A stretch of 63,273 bases of DNA, counting the filler, from Octopus bimaculoides (taxonomy: Eukaryota): assembly GCF_001194135.2 (NCBI RefSeq). It is 6 parts of 5 records of this genome, joined end to end, with 100 filler letters (N's around TTAATTAATTAA, not from the genome) between each part and the next. Parts side by side here need not be neighbours in the genome. Positions count along the whole stretch, not along the records: positions 1 to 25,128 come from NC_069003.1; positions 25,229 to 31,988 come from NC_068988.1; positions 32,089 to 42,405 come from NC_068982.1; 3 more parts are not named here. One strand, written 5' to 3'. Both the position numbers and the translations under genes were made by a program. Within the stretch, counting starts at the first letter, position 1, and each line of letters starts with the position of its first letter. Below the pieces are notes generated by a model. The model was not told the DNA's origin. It searched no databases and was given only the letters and a program-made list of their open reading frames with translations. Positions 23,516 to 37,309 of the stretch are shown here, piece after piece.

Positions 23516-25030
23516 TATATAGCCAAAAATAAACCTCTGTACTTAGCTTTTGTTGACATGGAGGAAGCCTTTGACAGGGTCCTCTACTCCCTTATCTGGT
23601 GGTCAATGCCAAGGCTAGGGATAGATGAGTGGTTAGTGAAAGCTGTACAAGCCATGTACAGGGATGCTGCCAGTAAGGTGAAGGCTGGTAATTAGTAAAG
23701 CAATGAATTCAATGTACAGGTAGGAGTTCACCAAGGTTTATTTCTCAGCCCCCTCTTGTTTATCTTAGTCCTCCAGGCCTTAACAGAGAAATTCAAAACT
23801 GGCTGCCCCTGAGAGCTCCTCTATGCTGATGACCTTGTTCTTATAGCTGAATTACTACCTAATCTAGGGAAGAAATTTCAGGTATGGGAGTAAGGCTTGG
23901 AATCTAAGGCATTTGAGTTAATCTAGCAAAAAGCAAAGTCCTAGTAAGCAGGAAAACAGACAAATCACAAGTCCCTTCAGGGAGATGCCCCTGCTCAATA
24001 TGTAAGAAAGTTGTTGGTAGAAACTCCATACATTGTACCCAGTGCAAACTTTGGACACAAAAGAGGTGTAGTGGTATCACAGGAAGGTTAATGGAGAAAA
24101 TAGTCTTTGCAGGTGGCAAATATGCAGGTACAATAAGCACTAAAAATGCACAGACAATAGACTCCCTTAAATGCTCAGGCAGATCATTAGAAATATAAGA
24201 CAGCTTCTGTTACCTGGAGACCAGGTTAGCAGTGGAGGAGGAAGTTCTGAAAGTATAGTTGCTAGAATAAGAGCAGGCTGGACAAAGTTCAGAGAGCTTC
24301 CACCTTTGTTGGGGACTAAGGGCCTCTCCCTCAGAGTGAAAAGCAGGTTGTATGATACCTGAGTACATACAGCTATGCTAAATGGCAGTGAAACATGGGC
24401 TTTGACTACAGAGGACTTGCAAAGGTATGAAGGAAATGAAGCTAGCATGCTCTGCTGGATGGGTAAATGTCAGTGTGCATGCACGACAAAGTGTAAATGA
24501 TTTAAGAGGAAAACTAGGTATAAGAGGCATCAGATGTTGTGTGCAAGAGAGAAGACTGCACTGGTTTAGTCATGTGATGCATATGGATGAGGATAGCTGC
24601 TTAAAGAAGTGCCAAGCTCTACTTGGGAAGGGAACCTGTGGAAGGGGTAGACCCAGGAAGATGTGGGATGAAGTAGTGAGAAAGGTTCTTTGGACTCTGG
24701 ACCTCAGTGAGGAAATGACAAGGGACCAAGAGTTGTGGCAATTTGCTGTGTTGAAAAGACATGCCAAGTTAAGTAAAATTCTTTCATACATACAGGTTTT
24801 TCCTTTGCTGGTGCCACATAAAATGCATTTGTGCTGGTGTTGCATAAATGTACCCTTGCTGGTGGCACATAAAAAACACCCAGCTCATTCTGTAAAGTGG
24901 CTGATGTTAGGAAGGGTTTCCAGCCATAGAAACCATACCACAGCATACAACTGGAGCCTGGACAGCTCCATGTCAAACTGTCTGATCCAAGCCAGCATGG
25001 AGAATGGATGTTAAATGATGATGATGATGA
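23516..25030 (+). mobile_element. RTE-clade LINE, RT continuation, 3' UTR and (TGA)n tail
   Basis: YIAKNKPLYLAFVDMEEAFDRV, VGVHQG..LSPLLF, ELLYADDL, F.YLGD, RIRAGWTKFRELPPLL, RLHWFSHVMHM, GRGRPRKMW; ends ccagcatggagaatggatgttaaatgatgatgatgatga. Several stops and frameshifts. Confidence 0.9.
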
Positions 25031-25128
25031 TTGGAAGCAACAGAGTGACTCAAGGGCTGAGAGTATATAAATCTACAACTCTTCAATCTTGCATCACCAT
25101 ACCTATATATATATATATATATATATAT

Positions 25129-25228
25129 NNNNNNNNNNNNNNNNNNNNNNNNNNNNNNNNNNNNNNNNNNNNTTAATTAATTAANNNNNNNNNNNNNNNN
25201 NNNNNNNNNNNNNNNNNNNNNNNNNNNN
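25129..25228. other. Artificial scaffold-joining linker N44-TTAATTAATTAA-N44
   Basis: Exactly 44 N + palindromic 12-mer with TAA in all six frames + 44 N; identical at five places. Confidence 0.95.
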
Positions 25229-25272
<44 letters not shown>

Positions 25273-28167
25273 TACATACGACGGGCATCTTTCACTTTCC
25301 ACCTAACAAGTCCACTCACAAGGCTTTAGTCGGCCCGTGGTTGTAATAGAAGACGCTCGCTTAAGGTGCTACACAGTGGGACTCAACCTGGAACCATGTC
25401 ATTGGGAGGCAAGATTCTTACCACACAGTCACGCCTGTGACTATATATATTTCTGTGTGTGTGTTTGTATATGCATGCGTGTGTGTTTATGAATATGTAT
25501 GCACGTATATGTGCATGTAAGTATAAATGAATGTACTTATGGATGTGTGTAAAAGTTTGCATGTGCCTGTCTCTTAATAAGGCTTTCTACTGTAGGCTCA
25601 AAGCCTGAAGTTTTTGGTGAAGTGGGCTAGTCAATTGCATCGACTGATACCTATATTTCAGACCCCGAAAGGATGAAAAGCAAACTCGGCCTCGGAGGAA
25701 CTGAACTCAGAACGTTAACCCAGTAGAAATACCGCAAAGCATTTTGTCCGGCATGTTAACCTCTTCCATCTAACCGCCATCCTTCTCTATCTTAATAATA
25801 AAAAGGTGTCAGCTGTTCAAGTCCCGTGGCGTAGTGGTTCAAGGTTTGAAAATAATTACTGCAGTCGATATAAATTAATTAAATAGCTTAATGCTGTACT
25901 CCGCTATGGCCAAAATCTAATGATTGAAACAAATGACTAAGTAAAAGAGTTAAATTTAATATGATACAGAATTTACTCCCAGCCTCGGCTTAGGGCTGTT
26001 ACATCCAGCTTTTCTCCACTAAAAATACATGAAATTTAAATTATCTCTCCAATAGATCCCCACACTTATGAAAGATCTGTCTGCTTAAATATCTAATTTA
26101 ATTAACAGCTTATTGGCATTTATTTATCTTTTATCTTATTTTATTTTAGTTGAAATATGTGTTGTCTTGGACGTTAAAGTCTTCCCGTAGTCGTAGGAGC
26201 ACTCACCTAACATAAGGTTTATTTTCGATATTTTTAGACCTGATAGAGCCGATCCCTTCCGGGCTTACCACAGGTGGGCAGAAAAACACAGAAGAGTCGA
26301 TTACATTAGAGAACTGGTACCTTATATATCAATCAGGGTAAGAGGTAAAAGCGAATTTGGTGTCGGTGTTATTTGAACTCAAGACATAATCTTTAAACCC
26401 ACCCACCAACAAATCCTTTCAAATATCTTGTGACTTAAGATTTCGCAGAGGAAAATTCTCTGTCGAACTGACACTTATTGCATTGAGTCTACAAACGGAG
26501 AAGATTGTCTTCATAAGATTCAATGGTCAATCAGACGCTAGGAAACATTCATTCAAGCTTGCTTCCTTCATATTATGATTATTTGCATTATACTGAAAGA
26601 AATTTGATCAACATTTTCTACTGGATACTGGTTTTGAAATTTCTCTTTATTAAACTAATAAATCAATGGAATTAGTACAAGCGAGAAGCAAATTTCTTAC
26701 AACACAGTCCTCCTGCGGGGCAACTTGGGCAACTGTTTCCTACAGTACTCCACTGTCAACCATAACCTTGTGTGATTATTTAGTAGACGAGAACTGAAAG
26801 AAGACTTCCGTATGTGTCTGTCTGCGTGTTTGTGTACGTTCGTACCTTTGTGCTTCTGTTACTCCCCCCCCCACTAACGCTTGACAATCAGTGTTGTTTG
26901 CCTATGCCTCCGTAGCTTTACGGTTCGGCAAAAGAAATCGATAGGATAAGTATCAAGTCTTGAAAACAAAAATGTACTGGTGTCAACTTGTTCGACAAAA
27001 TCCTTCAAGGTGGTGCCCCAACATAAAAAATAAAATGATATTGTGGCGTAGGTAGACATTTTAAAAAGATAGAAATTATGACATTAATAAGAAATATATT
27101 TATTTGTAAAAGTGACGCAAAAAGTCATTCAAACGTTTGGGAGGAATATCAGAACACTAGGACAAATGTTATTTGATCGGATGTTTTGCGCAAACAGTCC
27201 TTTTTCTCTAGGTGTTTAAAAGCAACATCGATTGTGGGAGATTTTTTTTTACTCGGAATGAAAAGGGAAAGAAGTGAAAAAAAGGTGAGAAATATTGTAA
27301 AGTAGTTAGTTCGGCGTTCAGCCACACCCACAAGCTTAAACCAATTACCAGAAGGTAAGAGAGATACCTCTAACAGGTCTATACATTTCAATTATCGTAC
27401 ATAGCTAAACGTCTCCTTCACACATATTTTGACGTCATAAATATTGCCTAAGGGTAATGATTCTTCCTAGTACATTCCATGAACATAAACTACACAATAT
27501 GATGCCAAAATTACAACATTTTTATAAGGAAGTTATTGCATTTAGCTTTTCTTCAGAACTTGGATATTTTCCAGCAGAAAAAGAAACAAATAAATACAGT
27601 GTTATAGATTAAACATTCCAAACTCAAAGCAAGATCAAAGGAACGCTAAAATTTTATAACTATACGAAAAATTCATCTCTGAAGCTGAAATTGAAATTCA
27701 ATCTAAGAAGAAGGGGAAAAAAATGAAAAGAAAAAGCGATTTAAAGCAGCCAACGTTTTCGACGTTTTAAGTATACTACTGACATAAGATGGAAAGCCTT
27801 TAACTAGTCTGAACGAATCGGTTTATGAATTTAATTACACCCAATAAACAACGTAACCATGAACCTTTTACTGGCAAATGTATAGAATGAGTTAGCGACA
27901 AAGCTAAATTGATATTATGCAAGCGTACACGAAGTTATTGGTTTATGAATTGATAAAAGTATTTTTAACCCAATTTAACACTCCAGCTTAACAATATATT
28001 ACATATAGTCAAGAATATAACAAACTAACATCTTCAATATAGATCATTTCGCTGCGCTTCTATATCTATAGTTTGCGCAATAACCGTAAAGTCAAGGTAA
28101 GAAATATATTTACAGCTGAACATTATGTTGATTAAAATATTTTCAATTTAAACAGCTAAAAACCTGG

Positions 28168-28241
<74 letters not shown>

Positions 28242-28879
28242 GTCTGTCTATCTATCTGGCTGGATGGCAGTCTATCATATTGTCTCTATGTTAATATATC
28301 TAGTTATCTATCTGTCTACTTACCTATCTTTCTATCACACTATCTATCTATCTGAATGTATACCAGCTTTTCTCTGATATAATACATTTGGTGAAGTTTT
28401 AGTTACCAACAAAGTTCACACTATCCCACTTATGCGTATCGATCAAAACTTGATTAACTTCCCACGTATTTTACAGGATAACCCAAAAGCCGCTAGACTA
28501 TTTCACAATATAATCCTTTTCTTTATTTAACATTCACATTTTCTCTTTTATAAACATTGAATACACTTCTTGGAAAACATATTTTAATTACTTTTAAAAG
28601 GTCACCATGTTGTCCTTGAGAATGGCGGGCCCTTTCTAAATAGTTTTCTATCACTATTCATGATATTTCTTGGCGCATTCCTTCAATTTTATATGTATAT
28701 ATCCTTCAACTTTTGGGAGACCGTACCATCTGGAAAAGAAAGGACACGTTGGATAATGTAGTCAAGCATAGGATTTTCCTAAAGAATAAATATTGAACGA
28801 TCATGATCTGAAATCATATTTTCAAGTTTAACAATATCAACCTTGATTAACATTACAACGATATCAACATCTACCAGTA

Positions 28880-29076
28880 CCGTATTTCCCGGCATAGGAG
28901 TGGAAATTTTCAGACCAAGATTTATACCCCAACAAAAAGGTAGGTCAATTTATATACCAAAACGAATTTGCCGGAAGAAATTTTCCTCGGGAAATGCAAC
29001 AGGATTTAGAAAGTTAGTGACAATGCTTGAATGTTTACGTTATGTAAGCTATCGACTTGTATGCCAGGTAATAAGG
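28880..29076. mobile_element. pogo/Tc2-like MITE remnant
   Basis: TA-ccgtatttcccggcata ... tatgccaggtaataagg-TA, an imperfect TIR. Confidence 0.45.
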
Positions 29077-31384
29077 TACTTATATAACCAATCTAGGACG
29101 CTTTCAAAATCAACAACCGTATTATTTAAACTTAAAACTAACTGAATACAGGTTGGTATTTAATTTATCGCTTCATCAAAAAGACTACGAGTTGTCACCC
29201 TACATGAAATATTTTTAAATCGATTCGTTTCATTTGTTCTAAAACATTTCTTTGTGCAGACCAATTAACAAAATCAAATATGGATAAATATGAGTGTCTG
29301 AGTGTTTGTGTATATGAGTGAAAACTATGCATACGTGCCATAGAAAATGTATTGAAAATACATATGATTTGTATTATGTTTTACGTGTGATTACGTCTAA
29401 GTAATTTCCTTTATTATATTACCATTCACCAATTGCAAAATTAGCGATTGCTTTTCTTAATATAGATGTATGTATGTGTATATACACACACACACATATA
29501 TGTATATCTATATATATGTATATATATATATATATGCTTATACATTCAGTTACACACATATATGTATCTATGCATGTAAATATGCATGTACATAGATACA
29601 TATATGTATCCATGCATGTAAATATGCGTGTAGAAATGAGTGGGTGTGTTGTGTGAGTGTGTGTGGATGTGTGTGTATGCGTTTGTTAAGTAATATATTA
29701 TTTGTTTTAATGCATAAGATTTGTATCTACAAATGCATGATGATCGAGTGCTAGATTTCGTACGACGTTTTATCGACCATGAGAGGATTAAATAATTTAA
29801 ACGTTGGGTATCAGTTTATCCGTTTTAAAGTTGCTGTGCACAACCTTTCATATGCAGATGAAATTTCACCCACACAAAAATATGAAACCGCTTACGGTTG
29901 ATGCCCCTCTATGTATCATTTCTAATTTTGAAATTAGAATTTAATTTAGGATTATTATATGTTTACGAAAGCTTGACAGACATCTTCAGCCAATACGTCA
30001 TGCTACTCCGGGCTGATGACGAGCAAAAACTCAGAAACATGTCCCAAGAAACTTGGCTGGGTGGATGTGCTTGTCACTCCTCGTAAACATAAGGACACAG
30101 GAAATGTGTCAAAGCCGACAGGAAGCAGTGCAGCTTCTTAGGGCTAAATAGCAGTAATATATTTCCATTCTTAGGACTGTCACGTTANNNNNNNNNNNNN
30201 NNNNNNNNNNNNNNNNNNNNNNNNNNNNNNNNNNNNNNNNNNNNNNNNNNNNNNNNNNNNNNNNNNNNNNNNNNNNNNNNNNNNNNNNNNNNNNNNNNNN
30301 NNNNNNNNNNNNNNNNNNNNNNNNNNNNNNNNNNNNNNNNNNNNNNNNNNNNNNNNNNNNNNNNNNNNNNNNNNNNNNNNNNNNNNNNNNNNNNNNNNNN
30401 NNNNNNNNNNNNNNNNNNNNNNNNNNNNNNNNNNNNNNNNNNNNNNNNNNNNNNNNNNNNNNNNNNNNNNNNNNNNNNNNNNNNNNNNNNNNNNNNNNNN
30501 NNNNNNNNNNNNNNNNNNNNNNNNNNNNNNNNNNNNNNNNNNNNNNNNNNNNNNNNNNNNNNNNNNNNNNNNNNNNNNNNNNNNNNNNNNNNNNNNNNNN
30601 NNNNNNNNNNNNNNNNNNNNNNNNNNNNNNNNNNNNNNNNNNNNNNNNNNNNNNNNNNNNNNNNNNNNNNNNNNNNNNNNNNNNNNNNNNNNNNNNNNNN
30701 NNNNNNNNNNNNNNNNNNNNNNNNNNNNNNNNNNNNNNNNNNNNNNNNNNNNNNNNNNNNNNNNNNNNNNNNNNNNNNNNNNNNNNNNNNNNNNNNNNNN
30801 NNNNNNNNNNNNNNNNNNNNNNNNNNNNNNNNNNNNNNNNNNNNNNNNNNNNNNNNNNNNNNNNNNNNNNNNNNNNNNNNNNNNNNNNNNNNNNNNNNNN
30901 NNNNNNNNNNNNNNNNNNNNNNNNNNNNNNNNNNNNNNNNNNNNNNNNNNNNNNNNNNNNNNNNNNNNNNNNNNNNNNNNNNNNNNNNNNNNNNNNNNNN
31001 NNNNNNNNNNNNNNNNNNNNNNNNNNGCGGGTGCGATGGTATGGATAGAGAAGGTGGAGTTGGATTGTGTAGGGGTGGGACTACGAGGGAGGGCTGACGA
31101 TGAAGAGAGAAGGAGAAGGAAGAAGGCGGTAGGAGTGAAGAGAAGAGAGAAGGAGAGTAGGAGTGAAGAGAATTAATAGTAGTCGGAGCAAGAGAGGAGA
31201 GGTGGGTGGGAGGAAGTAGGTGTGAGAGGGAGATGGGAGATGGGAGGAGGGTTATATGAAAAGAGGAGGAGAGTTGAGCCCATTCGGTGCAAAGGAGCGA
31301 AGAGAGAATATTAATCCCTGTTCACGGCGAAAACAGGAGTCCGGATGGCCCCTGCGCAACGACAATCCGAACAGGTGTTGCATA

Positions 31385-31791
31385 GAGTGACCGGTAAAGT
31401 GGACATCCTTTACGCTAGAAATCGACCATCAACAGTCACACCACAAAAGAAAAGAATGTTTTCCAGGGAAATTCAGCGCACACCAGAACATCAACGGGCA
31501 AGAATAAATGAAAATATACAAAAATAAAGAATTAGTCGCAGACGAGACTTCGCACATTAATGGATTGACACACCTCCGCCTCAAATGGGTTATGTAAGTA
31601 AAAATTACATTAGCCCATGAATGTGCGAAACCTGGTCTACGACTAATTCTTTATTTTTGTATATTTTCATTTGTCTTGCCAGGTGATGTTCTGGTGTGCG
31701 CTGAATTTCCCTGGAGAACATCCTTTTCTTTTGTGGATTGACCGTTGATGGTCGATTTCTAGTGTACAGTATGTCCACTTAGTGGTCATCC
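31385..31791. mobile_element. Fold-back element/MITE with ~175-bp inverted arms
   Basis: 31385-31563 is the reverse complement of ~31616-31791 with scattered mismatches; no clear TSD. Confidence 0.7.
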
Positions 31792-31988
31792 CTTCTCATA
31801 TGTATGTGATATAATTTTTCTGAATATTCAAAATTTTCTTTATGCTAGGCCACTGGTTTTAAATTGGTGTTAATTAAATTCATATCCAATTTATCACTTT
31901 TATTTAAATATATTTATGTATATATATATATATATAATAATACAAAGAATATATATACATGTATACACACATATATGTACATACTTAC

Positions 31989-32088
31989 NNNNNNNNNNNN
32001 NNNNNNNNNNNNNNNNNNNNNNNNNNNNNNNNTTAATTAATTAANNNNNNNNNNNNNNNNNNNNNNNNNNNNNNNNNNNNNNNNNNNN
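31989..32088. other. Artificial scaffold-joining linker
   Basis: N44-TTAATTAATTAA-N44. Confidence 0.95.
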
Positions 32089-32956
32089 GTGTATATATGC
32101 GTGTGTGATAATATGTATGCATAAGTATATATGTATAGTACAGCCGGCAACTGATGAAGAGTCGTTTATTTATGTTACTTGTCTTGTTTTCCATTTGTTT
32201 CTCTCGTTCTTTGCGTACCCAACGTTACTTTCGTATTTCATGTTGTTTACGTTTTGTGATGTCCTGTACCCACATATGCATACCTATATACAAATAATAT
32301 GTATGTATATATGTGTGTGTGTATATGCATATATATATATATCATTTTTATTACTATTTGATTGAACGCCACTCATCCATTTCCACGTGTGTGTATATAN
32401 NNNNNNNNNATATATATATTTATGTGTGCTTGTCTTTGTGTCTGTGTTTTCACCCCACCACCACTACCAGCATCATCATTTGACAACTGTTGTTGTGTCT
32501 TTACGTCCCCATAACATAGCGGTTCGGCAAAAGAGACCGACAGAATAAGTACTAGGCTTACAAAGAATAAGGCCTGGTGTTGATTTGCTCGGCTAAAGGC
32601 GCTGCTCCAACATGGCCACAGTCAAATGACTGAAACAAGTGAAAGAGTAAAAGAATATATATATATCTACATAAATATATATATATTAATATTATGTGTA
32701 TATATGCGTGTGTGATAATATGTATGCATAAGTATATATGTATAGTACAGCCGGCAACTGATGAAGAGTCGTTTATTTATGTTACTTGTCTTGTTTTCCA
32801 TTTGTTTCTCTCGTTCTTTGCGTACCCAACGTTACTTTCGTATTTCATGTTGTTTACGTTTTGTGATGTCCTGTACCCACATATGCATACCTATATACAA
32901 ATAATATGTATGTATATATGTGTGTGTGTATATGCATATATATATATATCATTTTT
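32089..32956. repeat. Near-identical ~260-bp direct duplication (32089-32349, 32696-32956)
   Basis: Identical translations in the ORF track; both copies abut scaffold end or gap. Confidence 0.9.
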
Positions 32957-34482
32957 NNNNNNNNNNNNNNNNNNNNNNNNNNNNNNNNNNNNNNNNNNNN
33001 NNNNNNNNNNNNNNNNNNNNNNNNNNNNNNNNNNNNNNNNNNNNNNNNNNNNNNNNNNNNNNNNNNNNNNNNNNNNNNNNNNNNNNNNNNNNNNNNNNNN
33101 NNNNNNNNNNNNNNNNNNNNNNNNNNNNNNNNNNNNNNNNNNNNNNNNNNNNNNNNNNNNNNNNNNNNNNNNNNNNNNNNNNNNNNNNNNNNNNNNNNNN
33201 NNNNNNNNNNNNNNNNNNNNNNNNNNNNNNNNNNNNNNNNNNNNNNNNNNNNNNNNNNNNNNNNNNNNNNNNNNNNNNNNNNNNNNNNNNNNNNNNNNNN
33301 NNNNNNNNNNNNNNNNNNNNNNNNNNNNNNNNNNNNNNNNNNNNNNNNNNNNNNNNNNNNNNNNNNNNNNNNNNNNNNNNNNNNNNNNNNNNNNNNNNNN
33401 NNNNNNNNNNNNNNNNNNNNNNNNNNNNNNNNNNNNNNNNNNNNNNNNNNNNNNNNNNNNNNNNNNNNNNNNNNNNNNNNNNNNNNNNNNNNNNNNNNNN
33501 NNNNNNNNNNNNNNNNNNNNNNNNNNNNNNNNNNNNNNNNNNNNNNNNNNNNNNNNNNNNNNNNNNNNNNNNNNNNNNNNNNNNNNNNNNNNNNNNNNNN
33601 NNNNNNNTCAACCTGCTTAATAAAGAGCAATTTCGCTTGATGAGCACTATTTGTTCCCAAAAACAAAATCGGTTTCTTAGGAATGGTTTGTGTTGTTTGA
33701 CCATTTCTGATTTTGACATTTTATTTTTGTAAGATTTTCTTTAAATACATGGAATATTATAAATGCAGTTCCTTTAGCACGCTGGACGAAATGCCGGGTA
33801 AAATGCTTAGCGGTATTTCGTCTGTTACGTTCTGAGTTAATATTCCGCCGAGGTCGACTTTGCCTTTCATCTTTCCGGGGTCGATTAAATAAGTACCAGT
33901 TACGCACTGGGGTCGATGTAATCGACTTAATCTCTTGTTTGTCCACTCTAAGTTTAGCCCCTTGTGGGCAATAAACAAAAATAGGTATTTCTCCCGTCGC
34001 TAAGTTCTGAGTTCAAATTCTACCGAGGTTTACTTTGCCAGTCATCCTTTCTGGGTCGATTAAATAAATACCAGTTACGCACTGTGGTCGATTCGATCGA
34101 CTTAATCCCTTCCCCCAAATTTGAGGCCTTGTGGTTCCAGCGGTTCCTTATTTCATGCAACTTTTAGATTGTTCTCATTTAGGAATGTACAACGCATAGT
34201 ACTACACTTGGAAACTATTCTGATATATTATATTTATATTTAGATTCATTGAATTTTCTTGGCTAGAACTTTGCAGGAAGGCAAAAATTAATATGGATTT
34301 TAATTTTCTCTGTTTCTGATGTTTGTGTGTAAATACTGATATTATGCAAAGTTGTAGTCACTTGTGTATCAGGAATGTCTCATCAGTTAGCAAATTTCTT
34401 CTTTGTAAATTTCTTTCTGATTTTTTTCTTATATCCGATTTGATAGGATATTGGTGCATGGCATTCATAGTTCAGGCTGCTG

Positions 34483-34872
34483 GGATTGAGTGGCTGTGTG
34501 GTAAGTAGCTTGCTTACCAACCATATGGTTCCGGGTTCAGTCCCACTGCGTGGCACCTTGGGTAAGTGTCTTCCACTATAGCCTCGAGCCGACCAAAGCC
34601 TTGTGAGTGGATTTGATAGACGGAAACTGAAAGAAGCCCATCGTATGTATGTATATACATGTGTTTGTGTGTCTGTGTTTGTTTCCCCAACATCGCTTGA
34701 CAACTGATGCTGGTGTGTTTACCTCCCCGTAACGTGGCGGTTCAGCAAAAGAGACCGATACAATAAGTACTAGGCTTACAAAAAATAAGTCCTGGGGTCG
34801 ATTTGCTCGACTAAAGGCGGTGCTCCAGCATGGCAGCAGTCAAATGACTGAAACAAGTAAAAGAGTAAAGAG
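34483..34872 (+). mobile_element. tRNA-derived SINE family A, full length
   Basis: A-box-like tggctgtgtgg and B-box-like ggttcagtcc, CORE-like ccttgggtaagtgtctt, internal (TA)/(TG) tract, 3' ttcagtcaaatgactgaaacaagtaaaagag; many partial copies in the window. Confidence 0.85.
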
Positions 34873-36824
34873 CATTTCTAATACAAGTTTCAACTTGTTA
34901 TGTGTGGAAAACCAGGAAAGGTATTTGCTTATAATATTTCTGTCGTGAAATTTAAACATACTATAATATATTCAAATGGTTACACATATCTCGAAATAGA
35001 TTTCAGTTCGTACGTAATGTTATCAATATACATCAATCATAAAGCACTACTATATAACACTATGTTTGGACATGAAGGGAATTATACTGTCCTAAACGTT
35101 TCCTCTTCTCGCATACAACAGTTTCTCCTTTTTATTGAATAAGCTTTTCCCTTAATAATTGTTATGTGAGTATTCCTTAAGTATAGATCCCCTAATTATA
35201 TTTAATACCAATTAAATGAAAAAAATTAAAAGATGTGTAACTTTATTTTTCACTTACGTTTTTCTTCATAAGTTTTCTTCTATATTCTTAGTGTTTAACC
35301 TATGTATATTTAAAATATTTTTGCAAGAATTTAATACGAACACATTCACGGATAGATATGGTTGAAAATATACAAAAATCGCTTTATCTGTTAATGGAAG
35401 TCAATCCCAGCTAGACGACAAGCAGCTAGCAGTAAAACAGATCTCAAGCAACCATTTAGTATGTTGTGAGTTACAAAAGAAAACCCATAAAATCTAATGA
35501 GAATCCCATTTGAATTCTGAAGCAATCACAGTAAAATTTCATAAAATTAATATCATATTTATTTTGCGAACAAAAATTGAGAAAGAGTTTTATAGGGCAA
35601 ATGTTCGAGGTAAGGTACTAGTAGAGAACAGAAGCATTTCTTACAGTAAGGGAGAGCAATATTGAAAGGGAGGAAATTAGTAAAAAGACAAGTATTTCAT
35701 TAGTAGCATTGAGAGGAAGTACAAGAGAAAAAAAGTTTGACAGGGCAATGAGAATGGAAGTATTTACAGGACAGAGATAAAGAAGAATACTTCTTGACTA
35801 TGAGACAGGAGTCTCTGTTTAAATGTCAAAACAAGACCAAACATTTATTAGAAACTTGCTTTTGAACTCGATCAAAAGATACATAGTCCAAAATAAACGC
35901 CTGGCTAAGAAACGCAGACCCAAACATTTAAGTCTATGAGGTTTTGTGGAACATTCATATTTTTTTGTTATATAACTCCAGTTCAGCCTTAGCAATATAC
36001 TTAAAGAACGTAGACAATCATACAAAATACTAGCTGCGAGCCATATATCCATTTCTCCAGAAACATTTCCACTGTGTGATTGAGGGTCATATATGGTAGA
36101 TCTGTGTATGAGATTCAAGCTTGTCGTCTATGAATGTTGCTTTATCCGTTTGTCCAATCTGTTTCTGTATGTCTGAGGTTTAAACGCTGCTCTGTATCTG
36201 TATATGACTCTTATGTCTGTCTAAACTGAGTGACAGGATGAGTATATTCAGATTGATGTTATAATAATGTTTTGTTTAATTGTAGACATATTTAGAGTTG
36301 ATTGCATTACAATGACAGTTCAGTTTATCATTCAGAGATGCAATTTAACATCCTGAAAGCTGGACAACATTTTTGATAAATGAGTGCCAGATACATAATT
36401 TACATCATGCCAGAATAAAAGACGACATAACCACATTTGGCGTTCGATATATAAATTTATATTGATGTACATGATTTATTTTCACAAATATATTCAATGC
36501 TTTCACTTACTCTTGAATTCTTATATTTCTAATTTGCAATGTAAATTGACACTCCGTCGGTTACAACGATGATCCAGTTGATCCGGTCGACGAAAGTTTC
36601 AACGAGACATAGAATGTGACAAGGCTGGCCTTTTGAAATACAGATACGACTCGTTTTTGCCGGCTGAGTGAACTGTAGCAACGTGAAATAAAGTATCTTG
36701 CCCAAGGACGCAATTCATCGCCGGGAATTGAAGTCACGACCCTACAATCGTAATCCAAATATCTCTAATCACTAATCCACGCACCTTCACTAATGTGAAT
36801 TATAAATAGATAAATGTATTTATA

Positions 36825-36995
36825 GGCGTAGGAGTGGTTGTGTGGTAAGTAGCTTGCTTACCAGTCACATGGTTCCGGGTTCTGTCCCACTGCGTTGCAC
36901 CTTGGGCAAGTGTCTTCTACTATAACCTCTGGTTGACCAAAGCCTTGTGAGTGGATTTGGTAGATAGAAACTGAACGAAGCCCGTCGTATATATG

Positions 36996-37090
<95 letters not shown>

Positions 37091-37309
37091 TTGTTTGGCT
37101 GTGTTCGTCCCCCCCAACATCGCTTGACAACCGATGCTGTTGTGTTTACCTCCCCGTAACTTAGCGGTTCGGCAAAAACAACCGATAGAATAAGTACCAG
37201 GCTTCCAAAGAATAAGTCCTGGGGTCGATTTGCTCGACTAAAAGGCGGTGCTCCAGCATGGCCGCAGTCAAATGACTGAAACAAGTAAAAGAGTAAAAAG
37301 AGTAAAAGA
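36825..37309 (+). mobile_element. SINE family A, full length with expanded (TG)n
   Basis: Collinear with 34483-34872. Confidence 0.85.

Noticed and set aside
32138-32275. CTGATGA...GTC with gtacag/ctgtac as a hammerhead
   Set aside because: There is no GAAA after a helix II, and the putative helix I is not adjacent to the core.
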